From: Ptychomitrium polyphyllum
Lineage: Eukaryota
Assembly: GCA_973851085.1 (NCBI GenBank)
Contig: OZ316775.1
Location: forward strand, 21,514,001 to 21,578,000
DNA: 64,000 bases
Direction of reading: 5' to 3'
This document shows, one piece after another, positions 1 through 15,049 of the stretch (within the stretch, counting starts at the first letter, position 1; every line of letters starts with the position of its first letter). The position numbers and the translations under genes were made by a program. Under the pieces are notes generated by a model that was given only the letters and a program-made list of their open reading frames with translations, did no database searches and had not been told where the DNA came from.

Positions 1-1751
1 CTTTCATTGCCATTTAAATTTTTTTCCTTTCTTATCGATTCTACAAATATCAGCTAAAAAATGTTATGATAGCATACAGGGGAGAATGCAGATCAAGCAA
101 TTGAGAAAATCAAGCGTGACCTTTGGCCCACTTGGAAGAGTGGAGCCATTTACTGGCCCATCCTTGACTTCATCACGTTTCGTTACATCAAAATTCATCT
201 TCAGGTATAAAATCTTGGACTTCAATTTGCTATCCTTTGAGCCTAGAAAGGCCATGTTAATTGTTCTCGAAGCCAGTAATCACGGGAGCAGCGAGCATGT
301 TATAGTTCATAATGCGAAGGTCTTCTTGTGCATCCTCAAGTCAATACTCAAGTCGGCACTATGGGAAATAACCTTTTTCTAACCCTTAAACCAAAATACT
401 GCAGTGCAGCCCCAAAAAAAAACTTGGCAATATGTTCTTCAATTGTGACAATTCAATGCAAACAAGTTTGAAGATTAATTTGTAACTCTTGCAGGTGTTT
501 TTCAACAATTGCTGCTCATTCATCTGGACAATCTACCTCACTTCCATGGCAGGCAAGAAAGCTGAGGCTCCATCTCCAGAGCAAAGAAATCATCTTGAAC
601 TTCCTAAACCATGTTGAATAGTATATCAGATACTTTTCGATATTTGGCGAACATTCACATAAACTTGGTTGCAACTTCATATTCTGTGGCTAAAGTCATC
701 ACAATACTCTGAATCAAGTCAGAAGCACAGTAATGACCAGATCTCACCTTTTCTATAAAACAACTGAAACATCTTGCGTCTTGAATAGAAACTCATCAAA
801 ACCTTGACTAGCATCCCTCTCTAATTAGAGATGTTTCGGAACTCTAATCCTTATAATATGAGACACTCATGAAGGTATCATAAATGCATTTCTCCACCCT
901 ACTTTACTTCAAATCGTAGTCACACATTCTAAAATAATGGACACACGAAACAAAATCGTTTTCAAAATCATTCTCACATCGCATATGTCATGACTATCCA
1001 AAATTAAATCAAATAGTTCAGAACCAAATATGCCCGGAACTAGGAAATACGTAGTACACTTGCCACAATTAACATCCCAAACACCAAAGTATAACGACAA
1101 CCTCATTTAAAAGACTACCATGGTGAGAGTGATATAAAGAACTACAATTCTTTTTTGCAACCTTGCATTTTACAGTCTCAAGGAACTATAACTACTATAC
1201 AGATTGGCAGAGATACCTGCAGCGTCACCACAGCCAAAAGACAAGCTTATAAGTTACATCTCCCACAGGGAGTAGCTCTCGTCTGAACTTGCACCTCCAC
1301 GACAACTGGTGAATGTTGATGCTTCGTACGCGTTGAGGACAACGGCTGTACCTTTTGAGGTGACCACTATAAGACCGTGACTGTTGTGCTCATTGATAAC
1401 CTGAGGTAGATGGGACATGTCTTCAACAAAACCATGAGACCGTCGCCCTCGCCTTCAAATTTCAAGGGCAAATATTAGGTTGATGAGTCAGGCCTGACCT
1501 GCTAACCGGTCGCTTTTTGCTGGTCATATCTTTCCATGGCAACGAACCCTTGTACTTGTAAAACCCTCGCATATAATCCTCACTTGCTCGAGGAAAAACC
1601 CAGCTGCCTCAAGACGCTAAGGGGTCCTAAAATCATATATATCACAATCCAAAGAAATGAATCATGACCCGCTATGATACAACTTTCTAGAGTTCTAAAA
1701 AAGAAAGAAAAAAAGGAGAAAAAGAAATTCCCACTTTCAGACATCTCGTTA

Positions 1752-4700
1752 CTAATGAGTCTCGAGCTTGGGTCTTTTGAGAGAAGGTTCCGTCTCAGCA
1801 GCCATTGGTGATGGTCGGGTTCTTCCCTGAGATTGATGACTCTGGGCAGAAGACTCAGGTGTTGTAGCAACCTGGTATCAATAACAAAAGCCAAGCATTA
1901 GTCTCCGAATATACTACATGCAGATAAAGATTGTATGATAACACATATACATATAAGATATTCGAAACCAGGGTTCAGCATTCCACACCACTTCAAGCAT
2001 ATCATGTCTAACGACAACAGCATCTTGTGTAGAGATTCGTTTACGTCAACTATTGTATCGTCAAAAATGTTTACCTTGGCTGACGTGTCAGCAGCAGCAG
2101 CATCAACTGTTGCATTCTTTCCGAGATCAATTTGGACAGATACAAGTGCTTGACTCAAATCGACTCCTGAGCTCTGCAATGCTCGTGTCAAAGTATCCAA
2201 TAACCTGCCAGATTCAGGTTGTAACAATGTCAACGGAGGTAGATACCTCTTTCAACGGATTTTCTTGAAGTGATGCGATCACCAACTATCAAAAAATCAC
2301 CAAAAACCAGCAGTTGACAGACAGTGCCATCAATAGAAACGCAAAACAAATAGTTCACAAAAAAAGTATCCAGCTTCAAAAACCCACATTGCCTTGAAGA
2401 TGTAGACACAAGCTAACGCATTACAAGACCAGCCGCACATATAAATCCTAGTAATATTTCCAATGCAATGATCTGAGTACATGCAGTAAAGTTCTTACCC
2501 TTGAGAGTACACAGAAGATACGTTGATGACCCCTCCCTGGATACGCGGAAAGGGCTGAACTGGACTAGGAGAAGCAGCAGAACCACCTTCCGTAGCCATA
2601 TGGTCATTTTGATGAAACTGTGGATGCCTTGCATGTTTGCTTACGTTCTCTTGATGTTGAGGTACTCCATGTAATTGTCTAGACGCACCAGCATTGAACG
2701 GTAGTCCTGCTTGGGCCCCATCTATTCTACCTATAAACGTCGCAGCTGACATCTGACGTTCTGCTTTTGATTGCTGACCAGAGGTTTGATCAGCTTGGTT
2801 AGCAGAGGAGAAGCGAGGCCTTACTTCAAACTGGTGATCTGGAGTGCTAGCTCGAGTAAGCCCGAGGTTATAACCATTCTCACGCAAACTCACAGAGTCG
2901 AGGGCAGATGCTCCTCGAGCACAGTCTTGCTCACGCTGTAGCCTAGAGGGGGCAATGGGTAAGGCATATGGTAACGGAATGGCTTGCCGAAGAGGCATGC
3001 CCATAGCCAACGGTTGTGCAGTAAGAGCAGTGGTATGCTCTTTCTCACCATCTAATGATGAAACGCAACTGTGTATGCTACAGGCTGGTCGACTAGGACA
3101 CTGCTGAGCATTGAAGCCACCAGTAGAATGAGCTTCAGAAACGGGTGCTGTTTGTTCGGAAGGACGTGATGCACGGACATCAGCATTGGCTTCTGACACC
3201 GGTTTAATATCTACAGGACCTACTCCTGAGTTCAAATCTTTGGCAAATATAAGTGCATTGACTTGTGATGCTTCTTCTCCAGATCCGGTCGCCCCTCGCT
3301 GGAAGTCAACCACATGCGCAAAATATTCAGCTACTAATAGTGTTCACCAGAACCGATAGCATTCCCAAGTAATGAACACAAACAACATGGAAGCTTACAG
3401 CTGAATAGTGGTTATTTGAACTTTGTAATTCAAAACCAAAAGTGAATACCAATTCAGAACATTACACAAAAGGAAAGGTGATGAATAAACATTCTCACAT
3501 TGCAAAGATCCCAGACCATAGATTTGAGTCTTTCCTGGTGCCTTGCTTGTTCCGCACTTTCGAACTTCCGGACCTTATCCTGAAGAGCTTGGATATAATC
3601 AATGACCTGCATGCAGATAAAACTGTCACTTCGTGATGTATCCATCCTAACTAGGCAGGGGAACGGAATCGTTGAACTTCTCGTTTAAGGGAAATAATAT
3701 CAGCATATTACCATATAGAACAAGCATAAACATCCACTTGTGATGCATCGTACTGTTAGTGCATTAGAGCAGAATTGCGTAGTTAAGCTAGATAATCCAT
3801 TAAGTAATCTAAGAGACAGAGAACTATCATAATTGCCCACATAATGCCTATAAAGAAACCATATCACAAACAAGTAGTTTCGTTACCTCAAGTAAGAAGG
3901 ATGCTTTATCTCTCTTCTGATCACTATGAGGAACTAAGTCTCTCAGCATTTGAAACCTGAAAACAACCACTTTAGAATTGTCATCCTTACACCCAACACG
4001 ATAGATTCAGGATGTTCAGTATACAAGCACATGCAAGAAAAGAAGCGATGCAGGTTCATGTATAAACAAGTGATTTACCTGTCATTAATTTTACTACGCC
4101 TCCGTTGCTCAGTGGCTGAATGCTTGGACCTTGGAGTACCACCCCTCATCTCTAGGTTCTTGGCATCCATTCGCTGTGCTGCATCCCCTGAGCATGACAA
4201 GACGTTCCATTTTCAGTCAAGATGTTCCTAGACTTCGGACCAAGTGAAACGCAACTTTGTAGGGTCCAATCTCGTGTCCACGTGAAGCAGGAAAGTTGAT
4301 TTCTGGGATTTGTTTAACAACAGAGGAAAGGCACCGGTCACACTTGCTTCAAAAAATCCAGTGAACACCCCCATTGTCTACGCCATAACAATTAAAAACT
4401 AAAAAGCCCACCTTTATGTGACATTGGCTCTTTGCGATCTCCTTTCAGCCGCTCTGATGAATCCTCATCATCATCTTCGTCCTCAGATGGTGGTCGTGCA
4501 GATTGTTTCGGGACTTCGATCATGCCTTGAGCAGCTTGTGCCCATTGCCTACAAACCCAGTCCATGTCAGGGTCAGTTCCACAACTTCCTCCTGGCCCAC
4601 AAGGCCCTAAAACACCAGCCATTTTCTATAACGTGAAACGAGAGGAGCAGAATAGAAACGAACTGAAATAAAATATTGATAATTGAGTAAGCGGGGCCAG

Positions 4701-6297
4701 GGTTTGAAAGCTTACTTAGCCAGAGCTGGCATTGATTGATGGCCATTCTCAATTGCGCTTTTCACTACTGGACTGCCAGTAGGGAAAGTCAAATCTGATG
4801 GTAAACCAAATTTAAACCTAGCACCTGACCAATATGCAAGATTTTCTGCACCACACAACAGATACGCCTCAGTCAGTGCATGGAGACTTTGCACTCCAAC
4901 AAATAGAACAAAAACCTTCAAGAGAAAACAAGTCCTTTTGTTACTCGTGCAAGCAATAATGTGTTGGTGAATACAAGCTAAACCAAGTAATCAGGCAAAG
5001 AAGGTGTGATTTCACTCGGCCCATCTGTCGTTAATTTCGAGGATAATATATTGCAAGTCAACAAGAGAACATATCTGCAACACTCACCTCTTGTATTTGC
5101 AGCTTCCGGGTCCACAGCTACCCCAACACCTCTCAAGGACTCAGGGCCACTGTGATCCTCACGTGTCGAAAGAGTCGCCAGGGGATACCCTCTGCCATGA
5201 CGATGCAATACCTTAGGCTCGCCCACCATGCGAATCACAGAATTTGAGGGCACCGCATAAGGGACCTGAATGGATGTGTAATTAGGTAGCGCTGTAGGAA
5301 GAACCCGGTCACCCGGGACAGGAGTGGAGTGCCGGGATTGTATGGTATTATCTGGCCTTGCGTTGTGCTTCTCACGTAGTGCGAGAGCAGAGTCTCTGTA
5401 AGTTGATCGCGTTCCACTCCTTTCCAGAGGTTGTAAAAAATCATGCGTGGTGAGCGGCGAGGAAGATAGTCCTGGATAGCAACCAACCAAGAAACCTTGA
5501 GTCTATACAATAAGACAGACCAACAGAAAACACTCACCGGTGTCCAATCCATGATAAACTAATGCTTAACGTTCAATTTCTCGACTAGCCTTCAAGAGGA
5601 GAAAGCAACCGTTCCATAAATGGCAGTTTTGATGCAACAAAGTAGTCTGCCTGGGCGAACCTGAGTTTGCCGATAATTGCACTTTCCAAGTCGTAAAACA
5701 AACAGATAATTGCTACTATGACACGAAAAATCAAACTACGAGGACCGCCCAATATTTTCGAAAATTCTGCACGCTCTCTTACTGCACAACTACAGACCAA
5801 ACATCACTCTGAATCATACCAGCACTTGAACCGTTCTCCACTTGATGTGATCCTTTGTCGTAAAGCGACAGGAAGTCGTGTGTAGAAGTTTTCCTATCTG
5901 CTAAAAGAACACAAAAACAAATTGCCTCAGTCAAATTATAGTAGAACTGTAAAACCCAACAATGCTGTAAAGTCCAAGGCTTGATAGTCACTCAGCACCG
6001 TAACCCTTTTGACAAGCGAAGATTCAAGCTCACCAAACCCAGCAGACTGGAAACCTAAACCCAACGCAATGTAAACCAACAAAGACTCTGTGAGGTTTTT
6101 TAGAGAATGGATTTTATGGTGATTAGGGTGAAGGCAACAAGCAGAGAAAAAAAGGAACACGAAATAGAATGAGAATCTTTAATCGCCCCCAAAAACACTC
6201 AGATTAGTCGGTTTCTAAACAAGCAACAAAGCAGCGCACCTTCACTGAGTTTGAAATGGTGGGGCTGAGGCCTTTCAGCGTGCTGCTGCTGCGCCAT
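1752..6297 (-). CDS. BIM-type (BES1-interacting Myc-like) bHLH transcription factor, ~11 coding exons
   Basis: Spliced model with GT-AG introns: 6297-6240, ~5898-5820, 5495-5088, 4845-4716, 4548-4412, 4187-4079, 3956-3887, 3606-3499, 3298-2499, 2204-2075, 1871-1752. The bHLH reads [56 protein letters not shown]-terminal THDFLSL and THDFLQPLE motifs and the C-terminal [40 protein letters not shown] domain are typical of BIM proteins. An in-frame upstream ATG at 6420 is an alternative start. Confidence 0.92.
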
Positions 6298-6789
6298 AGT
6301 GTATCTTTGCACCGCTTGCAACTCTCGTTGCTCCAAGTGTCCAAGGCTACTGAATCCTGAGGAAGCAGGCGATGATACTCTAACCTGAAGTTTCTGTCCT
6401 TCAGTGTCCACAAATGCCATCTACCTCCTCCACTAGCAAAAGCAGCAAAAAACCTCTTGCTGCATGAAGAAACGAATTTCCGAAGCAAGCTCCACCCTAC
6501 CAAAGCCACCTCAAAATCCTCCTTCCCAAAACCTTCAATAATTCTTCCTCGAGGTTTATCAACCACATCTACCCCTGAGTGATGAATCTGTCAGACTGTT
6601 TCCTTCTCCAAGAGCGTCAAGTCCTATCCTTGACTTTGCACAAGCTCTGGAACTTCAAAAATGAACTCGCACCCTGCTGCTAAACACGCTCTAAGTTCCG
6701 AACAAACCTCCCGTGAAAAACTAAAGTTGATCCTCTGTATCCTATAAAGTGAGCTTGCTCCTCATCCTCCCTACAACTAACCAACCAAC

Positions 6790-7100
6790 CTGCGTGCGCA
6801 CGAAGAAGAACGCCGCTGGCGATGTCAGCATCATCGAGACATGCGTCCTAATGAATATCCTCCCCAGTACAGCTGCTGCACCATTTGTGTGCCTGGCCCC
6901 AGGCACGGTGGTGCTGGCGCCCCTTGGTGGGGACCCGGAATGAATTCACGTGTCCGTCGTGTCCACAACATGCGCATGCACGGACAACCAGGCGCAATCC
7001 TAGGAAATCACGCGGAGGGCCGCCACCCACACTCCCTTCCCTCCCTCTTTCCCAGCTTCCCCCTCCACCTCCAACCCCCCACACTCTCTCTCTCTAGGCA
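6790..7100 (-). other. Probable non-coding 5' leader exon of the BIM-like gene, containing upstream ORFs
   Basis: Minus-strand donor CAG|GTTGGT at 6790/6789 and a GA-rich stretch near 7085-7095. ATG-started short ORFs at 6977-6831 and from 6834. The transcript structure is inferred only. Confidence 0.4.
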
Positions 7101-10100
7101 CGCACACTCACCAAGACCATCTCTCTATCCCACCAACACCACCACTAAAGACACGCCTTCCGCCGCACCACCCTCACCGGTTGGAGTTCTCACCTGGACT
7201 GACTGCATGCGATGCAACTGGATCTCAGGTTGGGACCAAACTGTGTACAGAAATAACCATAAAAACAACAACAGAAAACACGCACGCGTCTTTCTCTCTC
7301 ACCCGCACGAGTCGTGCTCTTGGCCTTCATGCAACAGCAGCAGCCAACTAGTGTAGCTGTCAACATGGACCCCAATCGGCCTGACGCAAAAGGCGCCTCG
7401 CCCGTGACGAGCAGCCTGCTACTTGATGACGCCCGGCAAGTGCCGAATCCAAAGCGAACACAGGCTCCAGGCTAAGATTTCCCACACGAAAGTGCCGATA
7501 ACTAGCAGAGCTCACAATCCACGACTACCAGCCCTGAAATCGCGGCAGTACGCGCTGCTCCATGGCTATTATTTTCTTTCTATCTGCCCGGTGCCCTGTA
7601 ATGCCCAAACACAGTTTACTAGTTGCGCGATCTCGACCTTAGGACCGCCACGGCGACATATCATTCTGTGCGTCTGCCCAGCTGGAGCATTTCGTGCTGC
7701 CCAATCGTGGTCAATTTTTGTGCTCCCGGACGTGGTCAATTCCTAGAATGCCTAGACGTACTGTGTCTTCAGTTCGTGCAACCCGGCTGCCCTGCTGTGG
7801 TCTTTTGTTTGTGCTCCATCCCTGACGGATGGACTGGCTGCGGGGCTTGGTTTCGAAAAGGAATCCCACGTTTGCGTTTCACTTTTCCACGTTCACAAAA
7901 GCCTGTTGTGCCGTTGTACATGGATTTTACAAAGAAATTAATGTTGAGCACTTTATAACATTCTTTGTATGTAACATCCTTTATAGCTAGGGTGGAGTAG
8001 CATGAGGTGATAGAATTCAAGGTAGCATGATATCATTCTATGAGTGTTGATACGCTCAAGGTTTCATGCATCAATAAAAAAGTGTGTCATCATAGCAATT
8101 TTGGTTTTCAATGTATTGATTATTTGGTCCAAAAACTGGAATTTAGCTCTTATCCTTTCCTATAATGCATGGAGAATTTATTTTACATATATTTAAGTAA
8201 TGTATGTAATTTCAAATTCCTTTCATCCAAATATTTTACTTCTAATTTACTAAAGATATTTTTCTTAATGACAATTGTATATGCTTTGAGTATTATTTAG
8301 TGTGTTGAGATAGAAAGTTTAAAGACATCAAATTTAGTACAAGGCTTAAAAGTGAAATTGATAATTAAGATAACATAGTCTTTTTAAGAATTACTTCTAT
8401 AAGATTGTCGTATGGTTTTTATTTTTTGTTTAAAATGAAAGATTTCTGAATAAGTTTTATCTAAAAAGATCCTTTGATTATAGTATTAAATATTTGCACT
8501 AATATCATATTTTTCATTACTTCATAGAAAAGTGACTTCATTTCATTTACTACATGCCATTTGTAAAAAATAGCAAAATTAGTAGACTGTAGAGGGAATG
8601 GAGGGAAAAGCTACTGACTTTCCTAAATATCTCTAACAGGCAACGGGTGGGTGGATAGCACCTATTTCATGGAAACTGCAACATTCCAGAGCCTGAGGGG
8701 CGAGCAGGACTGCCTGAAAACCCTGGCACTGCTCCTCTTCTGCGTGGAGCACATGCTGCAGAAATTGAAAATGTTGCAGGCAATGCAGGAGACTTGAAGT
8801 TCTAAGGTTCAGATGCCATTTATGCTGCATGTGGGCTGAATCACCCTATTCAGTAAAGAATGAAGTTTCAATTGCATTGGAACAGCCACAATGATGTGTG
8901 TTTGTATGTGGAAAGGGATGAAATCAGAGATGTCAATGGGTGTTAATTTTAATAAAGTTAATCTACTAACTAGCTGCATGCACTTTAGAGTGATCCAGCC
9001 ACAACTTTTCAGCACATGACAATCCACAAAAGGTAAGGAACCCTACCCAACCAACCACTTCAAGGGATCACTTCTTTCTCATGGCCCATTCACAGGCGTA
9101 ATATAACAAACTTGCATCAAGCACATGCAACAAGAAACATAACTTAGGAAGGATAACTTTTAAAGATAAATTTTGTACAATGAAGGTGGGAAAATGTTTG
9201 CATCTTTCGAACAGTGCTATATGACTCAAAATACTTGATGCAGTGGGGATGTAGTGGTGCATAGAGATGCTACAGTGACTTGCAGTTGCCCAAGCAAGTA
9301 TACAAGGATATTGAATAAACATTAATTTCAGGATTACTTCGAAAGGGAATGCAGTTTCTAACGCAGGTGAGCAGTGTAAATGCCCCATCATCACTCATCT
9401 AACTCATCCATGAAGAAAAACTCTATACCATCTCATAAATTAAGGGACCAGGTGTTCCATTGAAAGTTAAATCGCTTTATGGTAGCATATAACTTACGTA
9501 ATCCCACAAAGTTACATCATTTGCAGAATCATCGACTAAAGATGTTCACTTAACAACTGCAGTCACCGTCTTAGCTGCCATTCCATCTCAGACATGATGA
9601 ATGTAACAGAAGAAAGGTGAATAGTATGACCAGAGTTCCAGGGCCAGGCCGTAGGACATTAAGGCTGGATGCACAAAACGAAATATGATGGACTAGGCAG
9701 AAAAATACAACTAAAAACACTTATATGAAATGAATAAACATTCCCGCAAGAAAATAGAATAAAAAGATAGTGATGCAATGCAGTGCGATGACTGTGGCTG
9801 TGAATGCGGGGTAAAGGAACCCCAGGGAGAGGCCGAAGAAGCATGTAGCGCATGAATTGGGAGGGAAAGCACCTGACGCAAGCTGCCACGCAAGGGAGCC
9901 AACCTCAATGCACGTGATCGTCCTTCGTCCAGTGCGTACCGCACACTCGTGACCCACTTCATGTGCGGTCAGTCAGTATAATTATGATGTCAGAGTGCAC
10001 GATAAGGTGTCAGAAAGAATTAAATAAACTTTCGGTCAATGGAACCCTCTATGTATTCATAACTCTCCTCCCACTGGAATTATACCACATGAAACTCCCC

Positions 10101-13100
10101 TGGAATTTTGACATACCTTATTATTAAAGAGTTTCCGTTTCACACCCATCCCAATACCAGATACGGAAGCTGTACTGCACGACATCACTCCTACAGTGGT
10201 TTATGTGGAAGTTGGTAACATCAGACTGAAAATAAAATACTTCTGAAAAATACAACATCAAAAAACGTTGCAGAAGTAGATTATTGAAGCCTTTAACTCG
10301 TTTTGTTGTTCAATACCGGCACAGGTTCCATCTTTCCGGGGCACACTGCGAAGCATCTCCAGTCCAGCAGCGAATTGAGATGAACGAGAAGTAAAATTGA
10401 ATTGGATGAACTATGTTGGACGATGTTGCTTGCAAATGTTTCCTTAAACTTTATGTGCTGTAGGTACTAGCGATCCATTTTGTGGGCCAGCACTTTGAGA
10501 ATTTGTTTGAATGCCACGAACTGGCTCACAAGTCCACAAATCATGGGGCATGCATACTACTATAGTGATGTATGCACTCGTGTCGCATCTCCACAACCTT
10601 GGAAAGTAATTTGGATAGATAATAAACAATATGAACCTTGCGACATGTTTATCACTTCTTGCACTATGGCAAGTTAGGTACTTTCACACGAATGCATAGC
10701 AGTTGCGGCATCCAAAATGTGTTGCATCAGTTTCTTCTGTGTGTCCATAAATTTTTCATTTCTATAATAGAAAAAGTGTTTTTTTTTACAAGTTCATTTC
10801 AACGAATACAATTTCTTATTACAAATACTATTGCACTTATATTAGATGAACATTGTAGATCTTTCATTATATTCTTTAGCCAAATGAACCTGCAGCATCC
10901 CTAGAATAAAGCACATGATAAGATACTCCGTGCTAGATGACTATTACGAAATTTAGAATGGTCCTCTAGCTAAAAAATGTTGTGGAAGTACTTAATTTTT
11001 CTCAGAAACCGAATCTGTGAATACTTTTATAAATCAATTCAAAAGCAGCAGTTACTAGCCCGTCGCTGGAGAGGTAGGGCACAATGAGTTACTGTAGCAG
11101 CAGCTCTTATCCGTGCAACATCCGCAATGAGCATTGGTGACTGCGCAGCACATGTCGTCCCACCGTAAGTAACACCTGAACCTCAACAATCTATAGTTGC
11201 AGATCACTTTTCTCTTGCATCCATAATAGCTTGTACTGAACAGTAGAGATAATCTGCCCAATGCATAACGCGCTGAATCCACCCTCATTGTCGTGTTCGT
11301 GACCTGATATGATTACTGCCGGGGCTCCAGTCAGCCCTGCAATTTTTATTTTACTTTTGACTTAAATAAATGGCCCTTTTGATGTGACAGAAAAAGAGCA
11401 CTGAGATAGTGACGACTAGGGGGGTATCTTGTGGCCCATTCTCATGAGCCATTTGACGGGCCTGCTCATGCGGCAGGTGAGGTAAAGTAACACAAAGGAA
11501 TATTTTTCAAGGACGAAGTTGTCACAGTGAAGTTTTCGTAGTATTTGAAGTGTTTGCTCCAGGTGAACCGTGCAACAAGAAGCAAAATACGTGCTGCAGT
11601 TGGGATGTGATGCTGTTCTTGGATGCTACATTGACTTGTAGTTGGGGTGAGACCCGAGTTTTCAGCAATTCAAGATTAAAAGAATACTTGTTGAGTTACT
11701 GTGACAGAGATGCAGTTTCTGATGCCGGTGGACGGGTGAGTGCTTATTAAACTTGAGAGGGGAACCTCAGATAATTGTTGGGCTAGTTATAAAGTGTAGC
11801 TAGGATGGCAGCTCCTGTTGGAAGGTAAACTGATTAAAATTTAGCTTTGTCTGTCTTAACATGTTTGTATATGAACAACCAGAGTAACAACCAGTTTGGC
11901 TGTTTGCACTTTTCACATGTAAATACATTGTATTTACGGCATATTGAGTAATCATCTAAACGTGAGCTGGTCCATAGGTTGGCAGTTAAAAACATTCACG
12001 AACTACACTGAAGCATATGGTTCTCATCCTCTCCAGTGTTGCTTCATCCATTTGTGTTTTACTCATGACTCTCCCTTAACTTGACTGGCAGCTATGTCTG
12101 CCAAGGAGTGCGGCCCGTGCATGAACAGCACTCAACAGTCCTGAGTTTTGACTCCTGGGAATAGTAGGGCCATACGACGAGTGCAAGCCGTTCCAGCCAG
12201 GGCAGAGCAGTAACTGTTTCTCTTTTCTCTCAACCATCCCGCAACAGCCAGCGAGGAGGAAGTTGAAAAATCAAAGACTATTACTAGCAATAAAATAATA
12301 AATACCACGGCTTGTTGCAAGTGGGGTGAACTTACCGTGTAACCATCCGAGCACACTAGAAGTAAAAGTCGGGACAGTAACAACGGACTTCCGTGCAGTA
12401 AGCCACCCATATCGGGGCGGGCGCGGATTTTGTGTGTCTGCGTGTTCTGGGTTGGTCAGCCAGTGTCGCCACGGCATCAGAGACTGGCTGGGCCGGGGAC
12501 ATTCGAGAATCGTCAGATACTTCCAACATAGTTCGTGAGTCATGCCTGGTACAGTTGGGCCTCTTCTGGGGTGTCAGTCGTCGGCAGGTGGAATCTCTAA
12601 TTAGCAATCTCAACTGTAAATCTTATTGAAATTGTACATGGTTGTGAACTTGATATTCCTTCGACTTAGTAGTCAAGCAGGTTGGGGCGGGATACATGTG
12701 GGCTGTGGATTCGCGTGACGCGAGGCGGCGGGAGGATAGGTTAGCCTGATGCGTGATAGGCCAAAGTTGCTCACGCCTACATTCAGAAATATAGCCCATT
12801 GGTCACGTGTGGACCATGTGATATTCTGCGAAGTGTGAACATCGATTATTTAAATGCGAAATTCTGTCAAAAGCCATCTCCAGCAGGGACAGATTATGAA
12901 ATAATGCCGCAGTCTTGTGCCTCCAGCTGGTCCGAACTCTCGTATGTGTGAGATGTTTGGGCCCAAGGTGCAGCTGAACTGGAATTGTTACAGTACTTAC
13001 AATCAAGCATCCTGACTTCTGTCACCTGTGGGTTGAAGGTTTTTGTTGGAGTGATGTTACAAGTAGGCTACTGCGAATTCTGCCACAGTAATATACTTTC

Positions 13101-15049
13101 TGAGACCCCGTGAGGAAATCTGTAGGCCATGGAGTATACTCTCATATGGTATGCTCCATAGAGTGCAGATCTTCTTCACGGATGTGTGATTCTGGATAGG
13201 ATCTTTGAAGTAAGGTGCAACAGCGATTCATGTGGAAAACTTCTCCAGTTGAGCTTACTAGCCAGGGTCTTTCAGCAGACAGATTGATATTCTGCCTGTT
13301 CTCCTGTCTGATCTGACCTGCAGATGGTCGTGTGGATAAGTAGATGTTCATATTTTCCTCCATCCAAAGGCAAGATAAGCTTGAATAGGATAAATAGTTT
13401 GAAGTGTCAGTTAATAATGGAATTCATCATGCAAATCGTGATGATAGGGCCTGGGCATATGCAGCAGTAAAATTTGCAACTTTTAATTTTGATTATTTTT
13501 ACTTTTATGTTTATTTTGAATAATTCTAAATTCCACCATGTGCAGTAGCTGCACTGTACACAGCGTGATTTGGTATAATTCTTAATAAATTGCTTGGGTG
13601 TCTGGATTGGGGCCAGAAGGGCCCAGGCAACCGGGGGAGAAACAGCCAGGGCATGATTCAAGGGCTGTGCACGTGATAAGACACACCTGCTGTCCTTTAA
13701 AAAGCCAAAGGACTCAGACCCAATGCTTACTAAACGGACAAGTGTGCTGCCTCCTGATTTCTGGAATCCTGGATTCTGCATTCGTGACGGTGCCACTCAT
13801 GTCCCACACTGCTGACTGTATTTGAACCTGCATTGTGTTGTACTAAAAGAATATGGTTTTGTGCCACAACTTACTTTCTGAGGTCCCTCCAGGGTACTCC
13901 CAGTTCCCATTCAGCTGTACTCAGCATGAACAAATGAGAACTTCCCTAAGGTACAAGCTCCTTTGTAAGAAAGATATTAAGAAGTTACTCTCGGAGAATC
14001 ACTACTACCTAGAGTGATAGGTACAGTACATAATTCTCCCGCTCTTCCATGTAACTTCATACTGTACTGTTTTAAGCCTTCAATTGGTCGCTCTGGCAGG
14101 TGACTCGGCCACCAAGTAGTTCAATAAGTCCGTAGATATGCCAGCTGAAAGAGCCGCAATACTCAATGTGGTTGGCATTTAGAGAACATGAAATTCGGAG
14201 TGTGGAGCAAGCAAGGGTACATACTTGGGAAGTGGTTAAGATGTTTTTTTAAGACATGTAGACTAGTAAAACCTAGAAGAACATTATGACTTCAATAATG
14301 TAAATTAGTCAAATCAACATATCATTATTAATTTAGGGCTTAAATATTAGCAGTATTTGACAACTTTTGAATACATAAGATAATTTTGTATAAGAGATAA
14401 AATTTAGAGATTAAGTAATGTTGCCAATGCCCTATGCCCAACCCTATTTCCTACCCTACCTCTAATAATCCAAAAAGTAATGTTAACTTTCTTCCTCTCT
14501 AATCTTTAAAGAGGATTGTCTCTACTTTCATTTTCAACAATGCATTCCTCCTCCTGTTTAAAAAAGAATCAAAAAATCAAAAAATCAAATATTCAAACAA
14601 GTAGTTCAATACATTTCAGGAACATAATGTTGCGTGTTATCATTATAATAATACCGCAGCTTATAAGTCAATAAACTATTGCCTCGTCTTACTCGGTCAG
14701 CCTAGTGGTAACCAAACTATAGCCTGAGCAGAACATGTGACGAAGTGACAGTTTCCACAGTTGCCTGTACAGTGATGTCTCCTGAAGCCAATGGAACGAT
14801 GCAGCATATCATTATTTTAGAACGAGAATGACATCACATCACCTCGTCCGTCTGCACTCGGCAGCACAGATCATGTAGTCGCGAATTCGATTCTGTTTGT
14901 GATTTTATTCATTCAGCCCACCCACGTGCACGAGGACGTTGTGCGATGAACGTGGAGTACGTTAGTGAGTGTTTTTTTTCGATTCTGCCGAGCAGCCACA
15001 GTTTTCGTGTTACTCATGTAACAGAGCAACTAACCCGCTGAGTAGAACT

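Noticed and set aside
1..900. Coding-like minus-strand fragments (for example QQLLKNTCKELQINLQ and LEDAQEDLRIMNYNM)
   Set aside because: Many stops in all frames and no recognisable domain, so no call is supportable.
11385..11401. TGACAGAAAAAGAGCAC resembling miR156
   Set aside because: Shorter than and mismatched to mature miR156, and no complementary star arm was seen nearby.
12457..12490. Small hairpin CAGCCAGT...ACTGGCTG
   Set aside because: The stem is too short for a miRNA precursor and could arise by chance.
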